Assembly (NCBI GenBank): GCA_963790025.1
Contig: CAWBMP010000004.1
Coordinates: 224,001 to 288,000, forward strand
Direction: 5' to 3'
From: Nitrospirota bacterium
Lineage (GTDB): Bacteria > Nitrospirota > Thermodesulfovibrionia > Thermodesulfovibrionales > Dissulfurispiraceae
DNA: 64,000 bases
In this document: positions 11,408-20,640 of the stretch, piece after piece
How the letters are laid out: each line of letters opens with the position of its first letter
How positions within the stretch are numbered: the first letter of the stretch is position 1
Notes under the pieces: model-generated
Databases searched by the model: none
What the model was told of the DNA's origin: nothing
Seen by the model: only the letters and a program-made list of their open reading frames with translations
Position numbers and translations under genes: made by a program

Positions 11408-11572
11408 TCAGGATTTATCATTCATTGTCTCTGCTTTATTCGATGGTGATACTGCACGGGCAGTATCACCATCCTCTGAAAGTACCGCCTTGCTTTTCAT
11501 ATTCCCTGTAAACGAGAGCATCAGAAATAAAGACAGTATAAGAAATGCAACCCTTTCCGAATCGGGTCTCAT
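11408..11572 (-). CDS. Putative 54-aa small membrane or exported protein
   Basis: The ATG lies 1 nt after the degQ stop. Translation MRPDSERVAFLILSLFLMLSFTG... has a hydrophobic N-terminus. It is below the ORF-track length cut-off. Confidence 0.35.
   Translation of the reverse strand: MRPDSERVAFLILSLFLMLSFTGNMKSKAVLSEDGDTARAVSPSNKAETMNDKS
11442..11473. repeat. Perfect 14-bp inverted repeat (hairpin)
   Basis: GATGGTGATACTGC-acgg-GCAGTATCACCATC. Confidence 0.85.
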
Positions 11573-11573
11573 T

Positions 11574-13055
11574 TCAATGTCCGGATCCCTCTGATTGTTT
11601 TATCGCAACGTATATAGATCCTCCGTTCCGATACAGCAACAGAAGCACGGTATCAGAAGGCCCGATCTTCGATACGATCTGCTCGTACTCCTTCAATCCT
11701 TTTACTGCCTTATGATCTATCTCCTCAATGACGTCTTTTTTTGCAACCAGACCACTGGCCGGGCTGTCTTCACCAACGTCCACTACGAGTACCCCTTCAA
11801 CAGACGCCGGAATGTTCAGGCTCTCCCTCATATCAGCAGTGAGTTCCCGGACCTCTACTCTGTCCAGTACGTTATTGTTCTTTAGCTTCTTCTCCCTCTT
11901 CGCCATCATTTTTTGAGGTAGCTCTTCAAGAGTCACAGTAAGGATCTCCTCTTTGCCCTGCCTTATCACTTTTACTTTCACTGTTTTGCCCGGAGCTGTA
12001 TTGCCCACCATGTTTCTGAGGCTCGTTGTATTATCCACTGGTTTGCCGTCGAATTCCACAATCATATCGCCACGCTTAAGTCCTGCTTTCCCGGCAGGGC
12101 TGTTTTTCATCACTTCTGTTACAAGGGCGCCTTTTTCTGTCTTCACCCCAAAGGATTTTGCAAGGTCCGATGTCAGGTCCTGTATTTCCACTCCGAGCCA
12201 GCCGCGAATGACCTTGCCGTACTTGAGAATGCTTTGTACCACCGAGTCCGCCAAATTGGAGGGTATGGCAAATCCTACACCCATGTAGCCACCACTGGTC
12301 GAAAATATTGCCGAATTAATGCCCACGAGTTCACCATTTGCATTGACGAGGGCTCCTCCGGAATTCCCCGGGTTAATTGCCGCGTCAGTTTGAATATAGT
12401 CCTCATAAGCAGAAATGCCCATATTGGTCCTTCCGACCGCACTCACTATTCCCATGGTTACTGTCTGGTTCAGGCCAAAAGGGTTTCCTATCGCGAGCAC
12501 CACATCGCCTGCCTTCAGTTTGCCGGAATCTCCCATCTTGATGGCGGGGAGGTCCTTGGCATCAATCTTTATTACGGCAATATCTGTCAGAGGATCATAG
12601 CCTACGACCTTTCCTTTAAATTCCCTTTTGTCATAGAGTCTTACCTTTATCTCGTCGGCATTCTTGATAACGTGGTAATTCGTAAGGATATAGCCGTCCT
12701 TTGACACTATCACACCGGAGCCAAGTGCGGAAGACTTGTACTTTTTGGGTAAATCCGGATGATCGAAGTTGTCGCCGAAAAATTTCCTGAAAAAAGGATC
12801 ATTAAACAATTGGCCCATGGGATTATCCTTAACACTCATAGTCGTAGTAGTCGATATGTTAACAACAGAGGGCCTTGTCACTTCCGCAACCTCGGATAAA
12901 TAGTCGCTCATTTTGTTGAGGAAAACCCTTGCATCAGGTGAAACCTCTTTGGCAAAGGCGGTAGCCTGAAAGTGAAGAGATACTGAGAGAAACAGACTGA
13001 TGAAAATAATAAGAGGTAACCTCAAACCGTTCCTTCTTAAGTTAAGAGTCTTCAT
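11574..13055 (-). CDS. DegQ/HtrA periplasmic serine protease with two PDZ domains
   Basis: Signal peptide, TNYHV, TDIAV, TDAAINPGNSGG and two PDZ repeats. GAAAGGAG RBS. Confidence 0.95.
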   Translation of the reverse strand: MKTLNLRRNGLRLPLIIFISLFLSVSLHFQATAFAKEVSPDARVFLNKMSDYLSEVAEVTRPSVVNISTTTTMSVKDNPMGQLFNDPFFRKFFGDNFDHPDLPKKYKSSALGSGVIVSKDGYILTNYHVIKNADEIKVRLYDKREFKGKVVGYDPLTDIAVIKIDAKDLPAIKMGDSGKLKAGDVVLAIGNPFGLNQTVTMGIVSAVGRTNMGISAYEDYIQTDAAINPGNSGGALVNANGELVGINSAIFSTSGGYMGVGFAIPSNLADSVVQSILKYGKVIRGWLGVEIQDLTSDLAKSFGVKTEKGALVTEVMKNSPAGKAGLKRGDMIVEFDGKPVDNTTSLRNMVGNTAPGKTVKVKVIRQGKEEILTVTLEELPQKMMAKREKKLKNNNVLDRVEVRELTADMRESLNIPASVEGVLVVDVGEDSPASGLVAKKDVIEEIDHKAVKGLKEYEQIVSKIGPSDTVLLLLYRNGGSIYVAIKQSEGSGH

Positions 13056-13096
13056 TATTGCACTCCTTTCATGTTTATTGTTTACGATACTCGGGC

Positions 13097-13720
13097 TCAT
13101 TTTGCCTCTTTCAGTGCCTTTCTCTTCATCCGGCTGACAAGTTCCCCATATGAACTGGAATCTATTATTTCCGCGAATTGTGACCTGTAGTTATCTACCA
13201 AACTTACTCCTTCAATCACCACGTCGTATACAATCCATTTAGCACCTTCTTTCAAAAGCATATAGTCTACCGGTATGTCCCTTTCTCTGTTAGTATTATC
13301 AATGATTTTAGTCTGGACCTCCGCATAGTCGCCATCGATGGATTCACGGCCGTACTGGACTGTCTCCCCATTATATCTTTCTATTTTTGCCGCGTACGCA
13401 TCTTCGATCAGGTCCTCAAAAAGAGGAACGAATTCGTTTTTTTCTTCCGGAGTCCTTTTCCTCCAGTTAAGTCCCATTGCACGTCTGGACATCTCTTTGA
13501 AATCGAATATGCCGTCAACTACCTTCCGTATTTCCGCTCTTCTTTCAGCCTTTTTCTCAGGTCCTTTCAGTGCGCCGTTGCTTACGATTGCTATTACGGA
13601 ATCTATTGACTGTCTTATACGGTCAGTTGGTTCGCCTGCATATGCAACCTGCGAGCAGCTCAGAACAACCAGACAAATAACAAGTGAAAAGAACTTTTCA
13701 CGAGACCCTGATCGAAACAT
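13097..13720 (-). CDS. MlaC/Ttg2D family periplasmic lipid-binding protein
   Basis: Signal peptide, FDFKEMSRRAMG..W and WIVYDVVIEGVSLVDNYRSQF. Start uncertain (13720 or 13744). Confidence 0.9.
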   Translation of the reverse strand: MFRSGSREKFFSLVICLVVLSCSQVAYAGEPTDRIRQSIDSVIAIVSNGALKGPEKKAERRAEIRKVVDGIFDFKEMSRRAMGLNWRKRTPEEKNEFVPLFEDLIEDAYAAKIERYNGETVQYGRESIDGDYAEVQTKIIDNTNRERDIPVDYMLLKEGAKWIVYDVVIEGVSLVDNYRSQFAEIIDSSSYGELVSRMKRKALKEAK

Positions 13721-13792
13721 AAAAATTCTGTCCCCCTCTTTCAATTAGTAAAAGGTTATCTATAACTTTTCAAAAAAATTCGAAACAACTGA

Positions 13793-14257
13793 CTACGGTT
13801 TAAACTGCTGGTGACATCTGGCACAGTTATTAATGATTCCTGCGGTCCGTCTCACCATTAATTCCCAATTATTGTTTGCTGCAGCATCCTTAATATTTGC
13901 AAGCCTGCCCTGAAACTCTTTCTCAAGCTTATTGAAGTCTTCCTGTTTTTCAGCATTTTTCTTCAGTTTGGCTGCACCGGACTTGACCGCCGAGTAAATT
14001 ATATCCATAGCGCCGTTAACAGGCTCAATAGCCTTGAGTACGCTTTTGCCGTCACCAACTATTGAGGCAGAAACTATTTGTCGAATGGAAATATCAAGGC
14101 TATCCATCACGGTAGCTATGGGGAACCCAACTTCAACCGATTTTTCCTGTTCTTTACCGGTTGCGTTTTCAGATGCTGCAAAAGACAATACTGCCATCAT
14201 TAGAATAAAAATTGAAGATAGAAGACATAGTGTTATCAGCCGTGAGTCCTTTCTCAT
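13793..14257 (-). CDS. Periplasmic monoheme cytochrome c (class II / cytochrome c'-like helical bundle)
   Basis: Signal peptide, helical body and a single C-terminal CARCH motif. GAGGAGG RBS. Confidence 0.75.
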   Translation of the reverse strand: MRKDSRLITLCLLSSIFILMMAVLSFAASENATGKEQEKSVEVGFPIATVMDSLDISIRQIVSASIVGDGKSVLKAIEPVNGAMDIIYSAVKSGAAKLKKNAEKQEDFNKLEKEFQGRLANIKDAAANNNWELMVRRTAGIINNCARCHQQFKP

Positions 14258-14406
14258 GTTGACCTCCTCAATTCCAAATTAATAGGCTCATTATTAAACA
14301 TATAGCACTTACCCGAAAGATTATCAACTGCGTGAAGAATTTGCAGGCCGGAAACTCCAGGATGCATATGTGTCCGTTGTATGTTGTCAGTTGTTGTCCA
14401 GTTGGA

Positions 14407-14434
14407 TTGACAAGCAAATAGGGTATGATAAAAT
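14407..14434 (+). promoter_or_regulatory. Sigma70 promoter for the multiheme cytochrome gene
   Basis: TTGACA-16 nt-TAAAAT with an extended -10 TG. Confidence 0.6.
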
Positions 14435-14479
14435 CTAATAGGCCGCTACGCAGAATGGACACATGAATTCACTAAGTCT

Positions 14480-15985
14480 ATGAAAACAAAATTGCCGCCA
14501 TTATTACATAACTGGATAAGTGTCGCCGGGTTTGTTATGGCGATTGTTTCATCTCTTGTCGTTTTATTTCTGCTTGGCATAAATTTCATTGTTGGCATGA
14601 GGAACCCCTATATCGGGATTCTTCTTTATATGGTCTTACCGGCCTTTCTGGTACTGGGCCTTTCTCTAATCCCCTTAGGCATGTATATAAGGTGGCGTTT
14701 ACTCGTGAAAACAGGCGATCTGCCTTTCAAGTGGCCTCACGTTGACCTTAATGATAAACGGCACAGGCTGGCCGCCTTGATATTCTTTGTTGGCACATTG
14801 CTTTTCGTCTTTATGAGCTCGGTGGGAATTTACCAGGCTTATCATTTTACTGATTCGGTTGCCTTTTGCGGCAGGACTTGTCACGCCGTAATGAAGCCTG
14901 AGTATACAGCTTACCAGGGCTCGCCCCATGCCCGGGTGGAATGTGTTGAATGCCATATAGGGCCCGGAGTAGGCTGGTATGCCAAATCCAAACTCTCCGG
15001 TCTGTATCAGGTATATGCTACGATCGCCGGCAAATATCCCCGACCTATTCCGACACCTGTGACCGATTTGAGGCCGGCCAGGGAGACCTGCGAACAGTGC
15101 CACTGGCCAAAACAGTTCTACGGAGCCTTGCAGCGCCGGTTTGATCATTATGAATACGATAAAAACAACAGCCACTGGCCGATAACTATGCTCATCAAGG
15201 TTGGCAGCGGCACCCCGCTGACCTCGACTATGTCAGGAATCCACTGGCATGTAAATCCGGAAGTTACAGTTGAATATGCGGCCAGGGACAGACAAAGGCA
15301 GGACATCGCGTGGGTGAGGGTAACCGATAAAGCAACCGGAAGAACAACGTTTTTTCAGGATTCCTCCAACTCAGTTCCAAGCAACACAATAAGATCAGCG
15401 GTCCCTCGGGTCATGGACTGCGTTGATTGCCATAATCGCCCGAGCCACAACCTGCATTCTCCGGACTATGTAATCGATCTCGAAATCTCTTCGGGCTGGA
15501 TAGCGTCATCCATCCCGGAAATCAAACAGGTAGCCGTAACATCGATGTCAAACAAATATGATTCTGACGCCGTTGCAATGAGCGGCATTGCTGCATCTAT
15601 AAACGATTTCTACCGCACTAACTATCCCCAGTTTTATATAACTGGAAAGACGGCAATCAACAATGCAGTGCAGGCAACACAGAAGGCATTTCAGGAAAAT
15701 ATTTTCCCTGCCATGAAGTCAAGATGGTCGGACTACCCGAACAACATCGGACATTTTATTTTCCCTGGCTGCATGAGGTGCCATGACGGAAAGCACAAGA
15801 GCACTGACGGACTGATTATCCCGTCGGATTGTCATACATGCCATATAATCCTGGAACAGGGTAAAAATGGTCCGGCGGAAACCGTGAATATGGAAACCGG
15901 CGAGGAATTCAGACACCCTGTTGACATCGGAAACACCTGGCAGGAGACGGGCTGCTACGAATGTCATAGTGGCATACGCCCTTAA
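14480..15985 (+). CDS. Membrane-anchored multiheme cytochrome c, NapC/NirT-related (7 predicted hemes)
   Basis: Three N-terminal TM segments, one CX3CH (CGRTCH) and six CXXCH (CVECH, CEQCH, CVDCH, CMRCH, CHTCH, CYECH). Confidence 0.88.
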   Translation: MKTKLPPLLHNWISVAGFVMAIVSSLVVLFLLGINFIVGMRNPYIGILLYMVLPAFLVLGLSLIPLGMYIRWRLLVKTGDLPFKWPHVDLNDKRHRLAALIFFVGTLLFVFMSSVGIYQAYHFTDSVAFCGRTCHAVMKPEYTAYQGSPHARVECVECHIGPGVGWYAKSKLSGLYQVYATIAGKYPRPIPTPVTDLRPARETCEQCHWPKQFYGALQRRFDHYEYDKNNSHWPITMLIKVGSGTPLTSTMSGIHWHVNPEVTVEYAARDRQRQDIAWVRVTDKATGRTTFFQDSSNSVPSNTIRSAVPRVMDCVDCHNRPSHNLHSPDYVIDLEISSGWIASSIPEIKQVAVTSMSNKYDSDAVAMSGIAASINDFYRTNYPQFYITGKTAINNAVQATQKAFQENIFPAMKSRWSDYPNNIGHFIFPGCMRCHDGKHKSTDGLIIPSDCHTCHIILEQGKNGPAETVNMETGEEFRHPVDIGNTWQETGCYECHSGIRP

Positions 15986-16094
15986 GGCCAAGAACTCAAT
16001 TTTGCGCATGCCGACCTGAATTCAGCCTGCGCTGTTCGGCTTAAACGTGATAGTCATTGATTCCTTGATATAAAGGCAATAGGGGAGAATGAAT

Positions 16095-17597
16095 ATGAAA
16101 ATTAAACAAAGATTAAGAATAAGCTTTACTGGTTCGGCAATAACTGTTTTTATAGTTATTTTGATACTATCCGTAACAATGTTTAACGTCAAGAGTGCAT
16201 TCGAGGAAAAAAAAATTGCCGACGAAATAATAAGGGGCTCACTGGAAAGAAGCATATTAGCAAGTGACTATTTGGCGACCGACAATGTAATGTCAAAAAA
16301 ACAGTGGCTTGTAGTTGGTGATCATATCGGCAAAATTCTGAAATTGGCATCTGAAGAGTTCAAGGACAAGCAAGACAAAATAATAGTTAAAGCATTGCTG
16401 GAAAATCATGAGTCAAGCGGCAACCTCTTTTTAAAAATAGAGGAAGCAAGGGAAAAAGCGAGTTCGGACCCACGCCATACCGTGCTTTATCATCATGACG
16501 CAGCCAAATTGTCAAGCCAATTGGCCACGAAACGATACGCTACAATGGAGTATGCGAGCAACTTACAAAGGGCAGGCAACCAGTATCTTTTGTCCACTCT
16601 GCAAATAGCGGGATGGAGCATCCTTTTTGTAATCATAGTAGTGACAGCTACCATAATAATTAATTTATGGTCAATGGGTCGGACAATAACTCATCGCATA
16701 AATCATCTCAGCAACAGCGCTATAGTTATTGGACAGGGAGACCTGGATCACAGAATTCAAATTAACGGTGATGACGAGTTGACGGAGTTCGCACATGTTT
16801 TTAATACAATGACGGAAAAATTACATAAGTCTTATCTTGACATTGAAAACGAAATTTCCGAGCGGAAACTTGCAGAAGAGAAATTGAAACAGGCAAATGA
16901 GCATCTTGAAGCTGTTAACAAAGAGCTTGACGCATTTAGCTATTCCGTCGCCCACGACCTTCGTGCGCCACTTGTGCATATGTCGGGCTTTGCCGGACTT
17001 TTGCAAAAAAAGCTGAGTGAACACCAGGATGAAAAAATTCGTACTTATGCGGCTGCAATCGTCAGTGCCGCAAAAAGGATGGGAATGCTTATTGATGATC
17101 TGTTGGCTTTTTCACATATCGAACGTTCAGCTATGCATAAAGAAGAAATCGGACTTAAGTCCCTTGTAATGGATGTAGCTCAGGAAATTCAGTCTGAAAC
17201 AAGGGGACAGGACATTCTCTGGCAAGTCGACGAACTTCCCCAAGTACACGGCGATCAATCTTTGCTTAGGCTTGTTCTCGTTAATCTGTTGTCTAACTCG
17301 GTTAAGTATACAAGAACGCGTCCCCGCTCAGAAATCACGGTCGGGTACAAAGATGAGGAACTCGAATTGATTTTTTTTGTCAAAGATAATGGCGTGGGAT
17401 TTGACATGAAATGTGTGGATAAACTCTTTGGAGTATTTCAACGGCTCCATACGCAGGATGAATTTGAAGGCACAGGCATAGGACTTGCCAGTGTCCGGCG
17501 TATCATTTCGCGCCACGGAGGAAGGACGTGGGCCGAAGGCGCTGTGGGAAAGGGTGCCACATTTTACTTTACCCTTCCGAAGGCAAAGGAGATATGA
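16095..17597 (+). CDS. Membrane sensor histidine kinase (HAMP-HisKA-HATPase)
   Basis: Two TM, HAMP, H-box FSYSVAHDLRAPL, NLLSNSVKY, DNGVGF and FEGTGIGL. Confidence 0.92.
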   Translation: MKIKQRLRISFTGSAITVFIVILILSVTMFNVKSAFEEKKIADEIIRGSLERSILASDYLATDNVMSKKQWLVVGDHIGKILKLASEEFKDKQDKIIVKALLENHESSGNLFLKIEEAREKASSDPRHTVLYHHDAAKLSSQLATKRYATMEYASNLQRAGNQYLLSTLQIAGWSILFVIIVVTATIIINLWSMGRTITHRINHLSNSAIVIGQGDLDHRIQINGDDELTEFAHVFNTMTEKLHKSYLDIENEISERKLAEEKLKQANEHLEAVNKELDAFSYSVAHDLRAPLVHMSGFAGLLQKKLSEHQDEKIRTYAAAIVSAAKRMGMLIDDLLAFSHIERSAMHKEEIGLKSLVMDVAQEIQSETRGQDILWQVDELPQVHGDQSLLRLVLVNLLSNSVKYTRTRPRSEITVGYKDEELELIFFVKDNGVGFDMKCVDKLFGVFQRLHTQDEFEGTGIGLASVRRIISRHGGRTWAEGAVGKGATFYFTLPKAKEI

Positions 17598-17829
17598 AAC
17601 ACGTTCGAAGCTTGTGCGGCACACCTTATCTATCGAAATATGTGATATCATTGACTGAATTTCGCAAGTCAGAACATTGAGGCTTATTATGGCAATAAAA
17701 CGTTTCGCAGCAAAACTTGAAGGGTCTCTTGAAAGCAAATCCATATCCGCTCTTCTATTGACGGCTTTAATTCTGGATTTTCTAATTAGATAAAAAGAAG
17801 AAAGATACATAGGGTATTCTCGTTGATCA

Positions 17830-18438
17830 TTGATAAGTACAGAAAATTTTAATATGTACCTTTCATCAATTGCAGGTCATTTCCCCTATTTGGGACTGTT
17901 TATTCTCCTGATTCTGCGAGGCATTGGCTTGCCATTTCCTGAAGGTGGCACGCTTATGCTATGCGGATTTTTAATTTCTACAAAAGTTATAAAACCTGTT
18001 TACTCTCTCGTAATGGTATATTCGGGAGTTCTAATCGGAGATTCCCTATTTTATTCCATTGGAAGGAAGTATGGTCGCATGATTATCAAGCACAAAGTCT
18101 TTCGCAAGGTGCTGCCTCCGCGACGACTTGAAATGCTGGAAAATAAATTCAACCAATGGGGAATTCTCTTCATAATGATCGGTGGCCGCCTCATTGGTGA
18201 AATATTCCTGGTCGCCGGCATTCTCAAGATGTCACGAACCAAATTTCTTGCAATTGATGTATTTTCAGCCCTATTAACCGTTGCAATATGGGTTGGATTG
18301 GGCTATTTGGGAGGACATACTCTTCAAAAAGTAATAAAACAAGATATTGTACGTATTGAGCATATTTTAGTATTCTTAATAGTATCAATTGCAAGCTATT
18401 TGTTTTTTCGACACATTTTTTGGTCTCGAAAGCATTAA
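17830..18438 (+). CDS. DedA family membrane protein (divergent paralog)
   Basis: GIGLPFPE..L..GF and GDS..Y.IGR; clearly similar to 63212..63817. Start uncertain. Confidence 0.85.
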   Translation: MISTENFNMYLSSIAGHFPYLGLFILLILRGIGLPFPEGGTLMLCGFLISTKVIKPVYSLVMVYSGVLIGDSLFYSIGRKYGRMIIKHKVFRKVLPPRRLEMLENKFNQWGILFIMIGGRLIGEIFLVAGILKMSRTKFLAIDVFSALLTVAIWVGLGYLGGHTLQKVIKQDIVRIEHILVFLIVSIASYLFFRHIFWSRKH

Positions 18439-18709
18439 CCTGCATGGCGTCTATCACCTTTAATGGCATGCAACTAAAGCTCTCCCGCGGAAGGAGCGCC
18501 TTAACAGCAAGGGTCTTTTATAAGCCGCCTCCGACAAGACTATGATAGAGAACATTTCGCTATGGCCGGTGGTTCAAGGCCAATAGGGGTTCAGTCGCCA
18601 CGTGATGTCCAAAGAAAATAAGCCGAAGTTTTCAATTTCCAGCTCCGGTATGGGTTATAATATGTCAGCGATGCTCTTAATCCAGTGGAACTTACGGAAA
18701 GAGGCTGCT

Positions 18710-19222
18710 TTGGTTACGACTGCAAATGGTGCTATCAGATGCTCCAGAGTTGAAATATCCGAAACCGGGATCAGTGAACTTGACGGTGAGAAGGTGCTGG
18801 CAACTTTTCGGAGAGATCAGATTCGACGAATTCAGCTCTGTTACGCTACAAACGCCAAGTATCCGTTTTTTCAATACTTCCTCGGTTTTACCCTGCTTTC
18901 TTTTGCTTTGATAGGGCTGCTGGTTACATTTCTTGGAAGTGCGGGAGGCAGATTGATAATTCGGCCTGAATCAGTCGGTTTTCCGCTTCCCATAGTCCCA
19001 ACCCTACAGTGGCTCATGGCCGGAATTGGTTTCTGGCTCCTGGTCGGGATATTCAGTGGCAGGTATCTTTTTTTGATCGACACCGGAAATCAAACACATA
19101 AGATCTTTTTTGAAAAATCGGTGGACATCGATGAAATTCGGCAAATTATAAGGAAGGCACAGTTGAAGTTTGGATATGCTATAGATGATTCCATCCTGCA
19201 AAAAAAAATGTTATCCTCCTGA
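18710..19222 (+). CDS. Hypothetical membrane protein (2 TM)
   Basis: Open frame with two hydrophobic segments. TTG start follows AAGAGG, with a TATAAT upstream at 18656. Confidence 0.6.
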   Translation: MVTTANGAIRCSRVEISETGISELDGEKVLATFRRDQIRRIQLCYATNAKYPFFQYFLGFTLLSFALIGLLVTFLGSAGGRLIIRPESVGFPLPIVPTLQWLMAGIGFWLLVGIFSGRYLFLIDTGNQTHKIFFEKSVDIDEIRQIIRKAQLKFGYAIDDSILQKKMLSS

Positions 19223-19224
19223 AG

Positions 19225-20640
19225 TCAGGAAGTGCTATTTTTTTCTGCGTCTTTCCGGAATTCACCGGAAGATATGCCATATTTTTTCATTATGTGCTGA
19301 AGGGATTGTCGCTCCAAGCCGGCGGTTTGGGCCGCCAGGGAAACATTCCCCCCGGTGCGGCGCAGCAAATGTGTTATATATTCAACATTGAACGTCAAGA
19401 GGATTTTTTTCCGTGCTTCCCTGTAATCGAACTCATATATTTCAGGGGCTTCTTCGGCCCCGCTGATAAGCGATCTACCATTTCTGAAATCCTCAGCCTC
19501 AAGAAAGTCGTTCTTCGAAAAAATAACCGCCCGCTTTATCTCGTTCTGCAGTTCACGAGCGTTCCCCTTCCACTGTCTGGAAACAAGAAGCTTTATTGCA
19601 TCTTCTGTAATCGTCTTTGGGTCCAGTCCCAGCTCGGCACAAAATAATGATAGGAAGTGGAAGGCTATAAGGGGTATATCCTCGGGTATCTCCCGGAGCG
19701 GAGGCGTATGAACTAAAACTACATTCAGCCTGTAATAGAGATCCGACCTGAAAAGCCCCGCTGCAACGCTCGCTTCGAGGTCCCGGTTTGTGGCAGCGAT
19801 GACCCGTACGTCAACTCTGTGGCTTATGGTATCTCCAAGAGGTTTTAGTTCCCTCTCCTGGAGTACCCTCAGCAGTTTTGCCTGCAATGGGTAGGATATG
19901 TCCCCAATCTCGTCCAGGAACAAGGTACCTTCCCGGGCAGCCTGGAAAAGCCCTTCCCTGTCAGAGTTGGCCCCGGTAAAAGCGCCTTTGCGATACCCGA
20001 AAAGTTCGCTCTCCAATATGTTTTCAGGGATAGCGGGGCAGTTTACTCCCACGAATGGTTTGCCGGCCCTGCTGCTGAGGTTGTGAATCATGCGGGCAGC
20101 CAGCTCCTTGCCTGTACCGGTCTCACCGGTAATTAGGACCGGCACTTCCGTCCTTGCTACCAGCTTCAGGGTGTCGATGAGTTCTTTAATGCGGGGAGAC
20201 TTCCCGACAAAGAAAGTTTTCTCTTCTTTTTCCAGCAGCCTTTTTTCAAGATTCAGATTTTTTTTCAGGAGTCCTCGATGTTCCAGTGCCCGCTGTATCG
20301 TGTGCAGAAGTCGCTCCTCTTCAAAGGGCTTGGTAATAAAGTCATATGCCCCTTGTTTTATGGACTGCACGGCGGTTTCGATAGCTCCATATGCGGTCAT
20401 TATGATTACAGGCAGTAAAGAGTCTCTCTCTTTGATGGCCTGCAGAAGCTCCATACCGCCCATGCCGGGCATCTTCATATCGGCGAGAACGCAATGGACG
20501 CTGCTTTTCTCAAGAATCAGCAGGGCCGATTCCGCGCCGGCAGCGCCGCGGGTCTCAATATGCAGTTCTCTTTCGATGAGCCTTGCAAGGAAACGGATCA
20601 CATCAGGGTTGTCGTCAACAATGAGAATGACCTGTTTCAT
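19225..20640 (-). CDS. Sigma54-dependent response regulator (NtrC family; REC-AAA-HTH)
   Basis: Receiver DD..D(MKMP), GETGTGKE, ESELFG, GAFTGA, LFLDEIGD, WKGNARELQN and a Fis-type HTH. Confidence 0.95.
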   Translation of the reverse strand: MKQVILIVDDNPDVIRFLARLIERELHIETRGAAGAESALLILEKSSVHCVLADMKMPGMGGMELLQAIKERDSLLPVIIMTAYGAIETAVQSIKQGAYDFITKPFEEERLLHTIQRALEHRGLLKKNLNLEKRLLEKEEKTFFVGKSPRIKELIDTLKLVARTEVPVLITGETGTGKELAARMIHNLSSRAGKPFVGVNCPAIPENILESELFGYRKGAFTGANSDREGLFQAAREGTLFLDEIGDISYPLQAKLLRVLQERELKPLGDTISHRVDVRVIAATNRDLEASVAAGLFRSDLYYRLNVVLVHTPPLREIPEDIPLIAFHFLSLFCAELGLDPKTITEDAIKLLVSRQWKGNARELQNEIKRAVIFSKNDFLEAEDFRNGRSLISGAEEAPEIYEFDYREARKKILLTFNVEYITHLLRRTGGNVSLAAQTAGLERQSLQHIMKKYGISSGEFRKDAEKNSTS

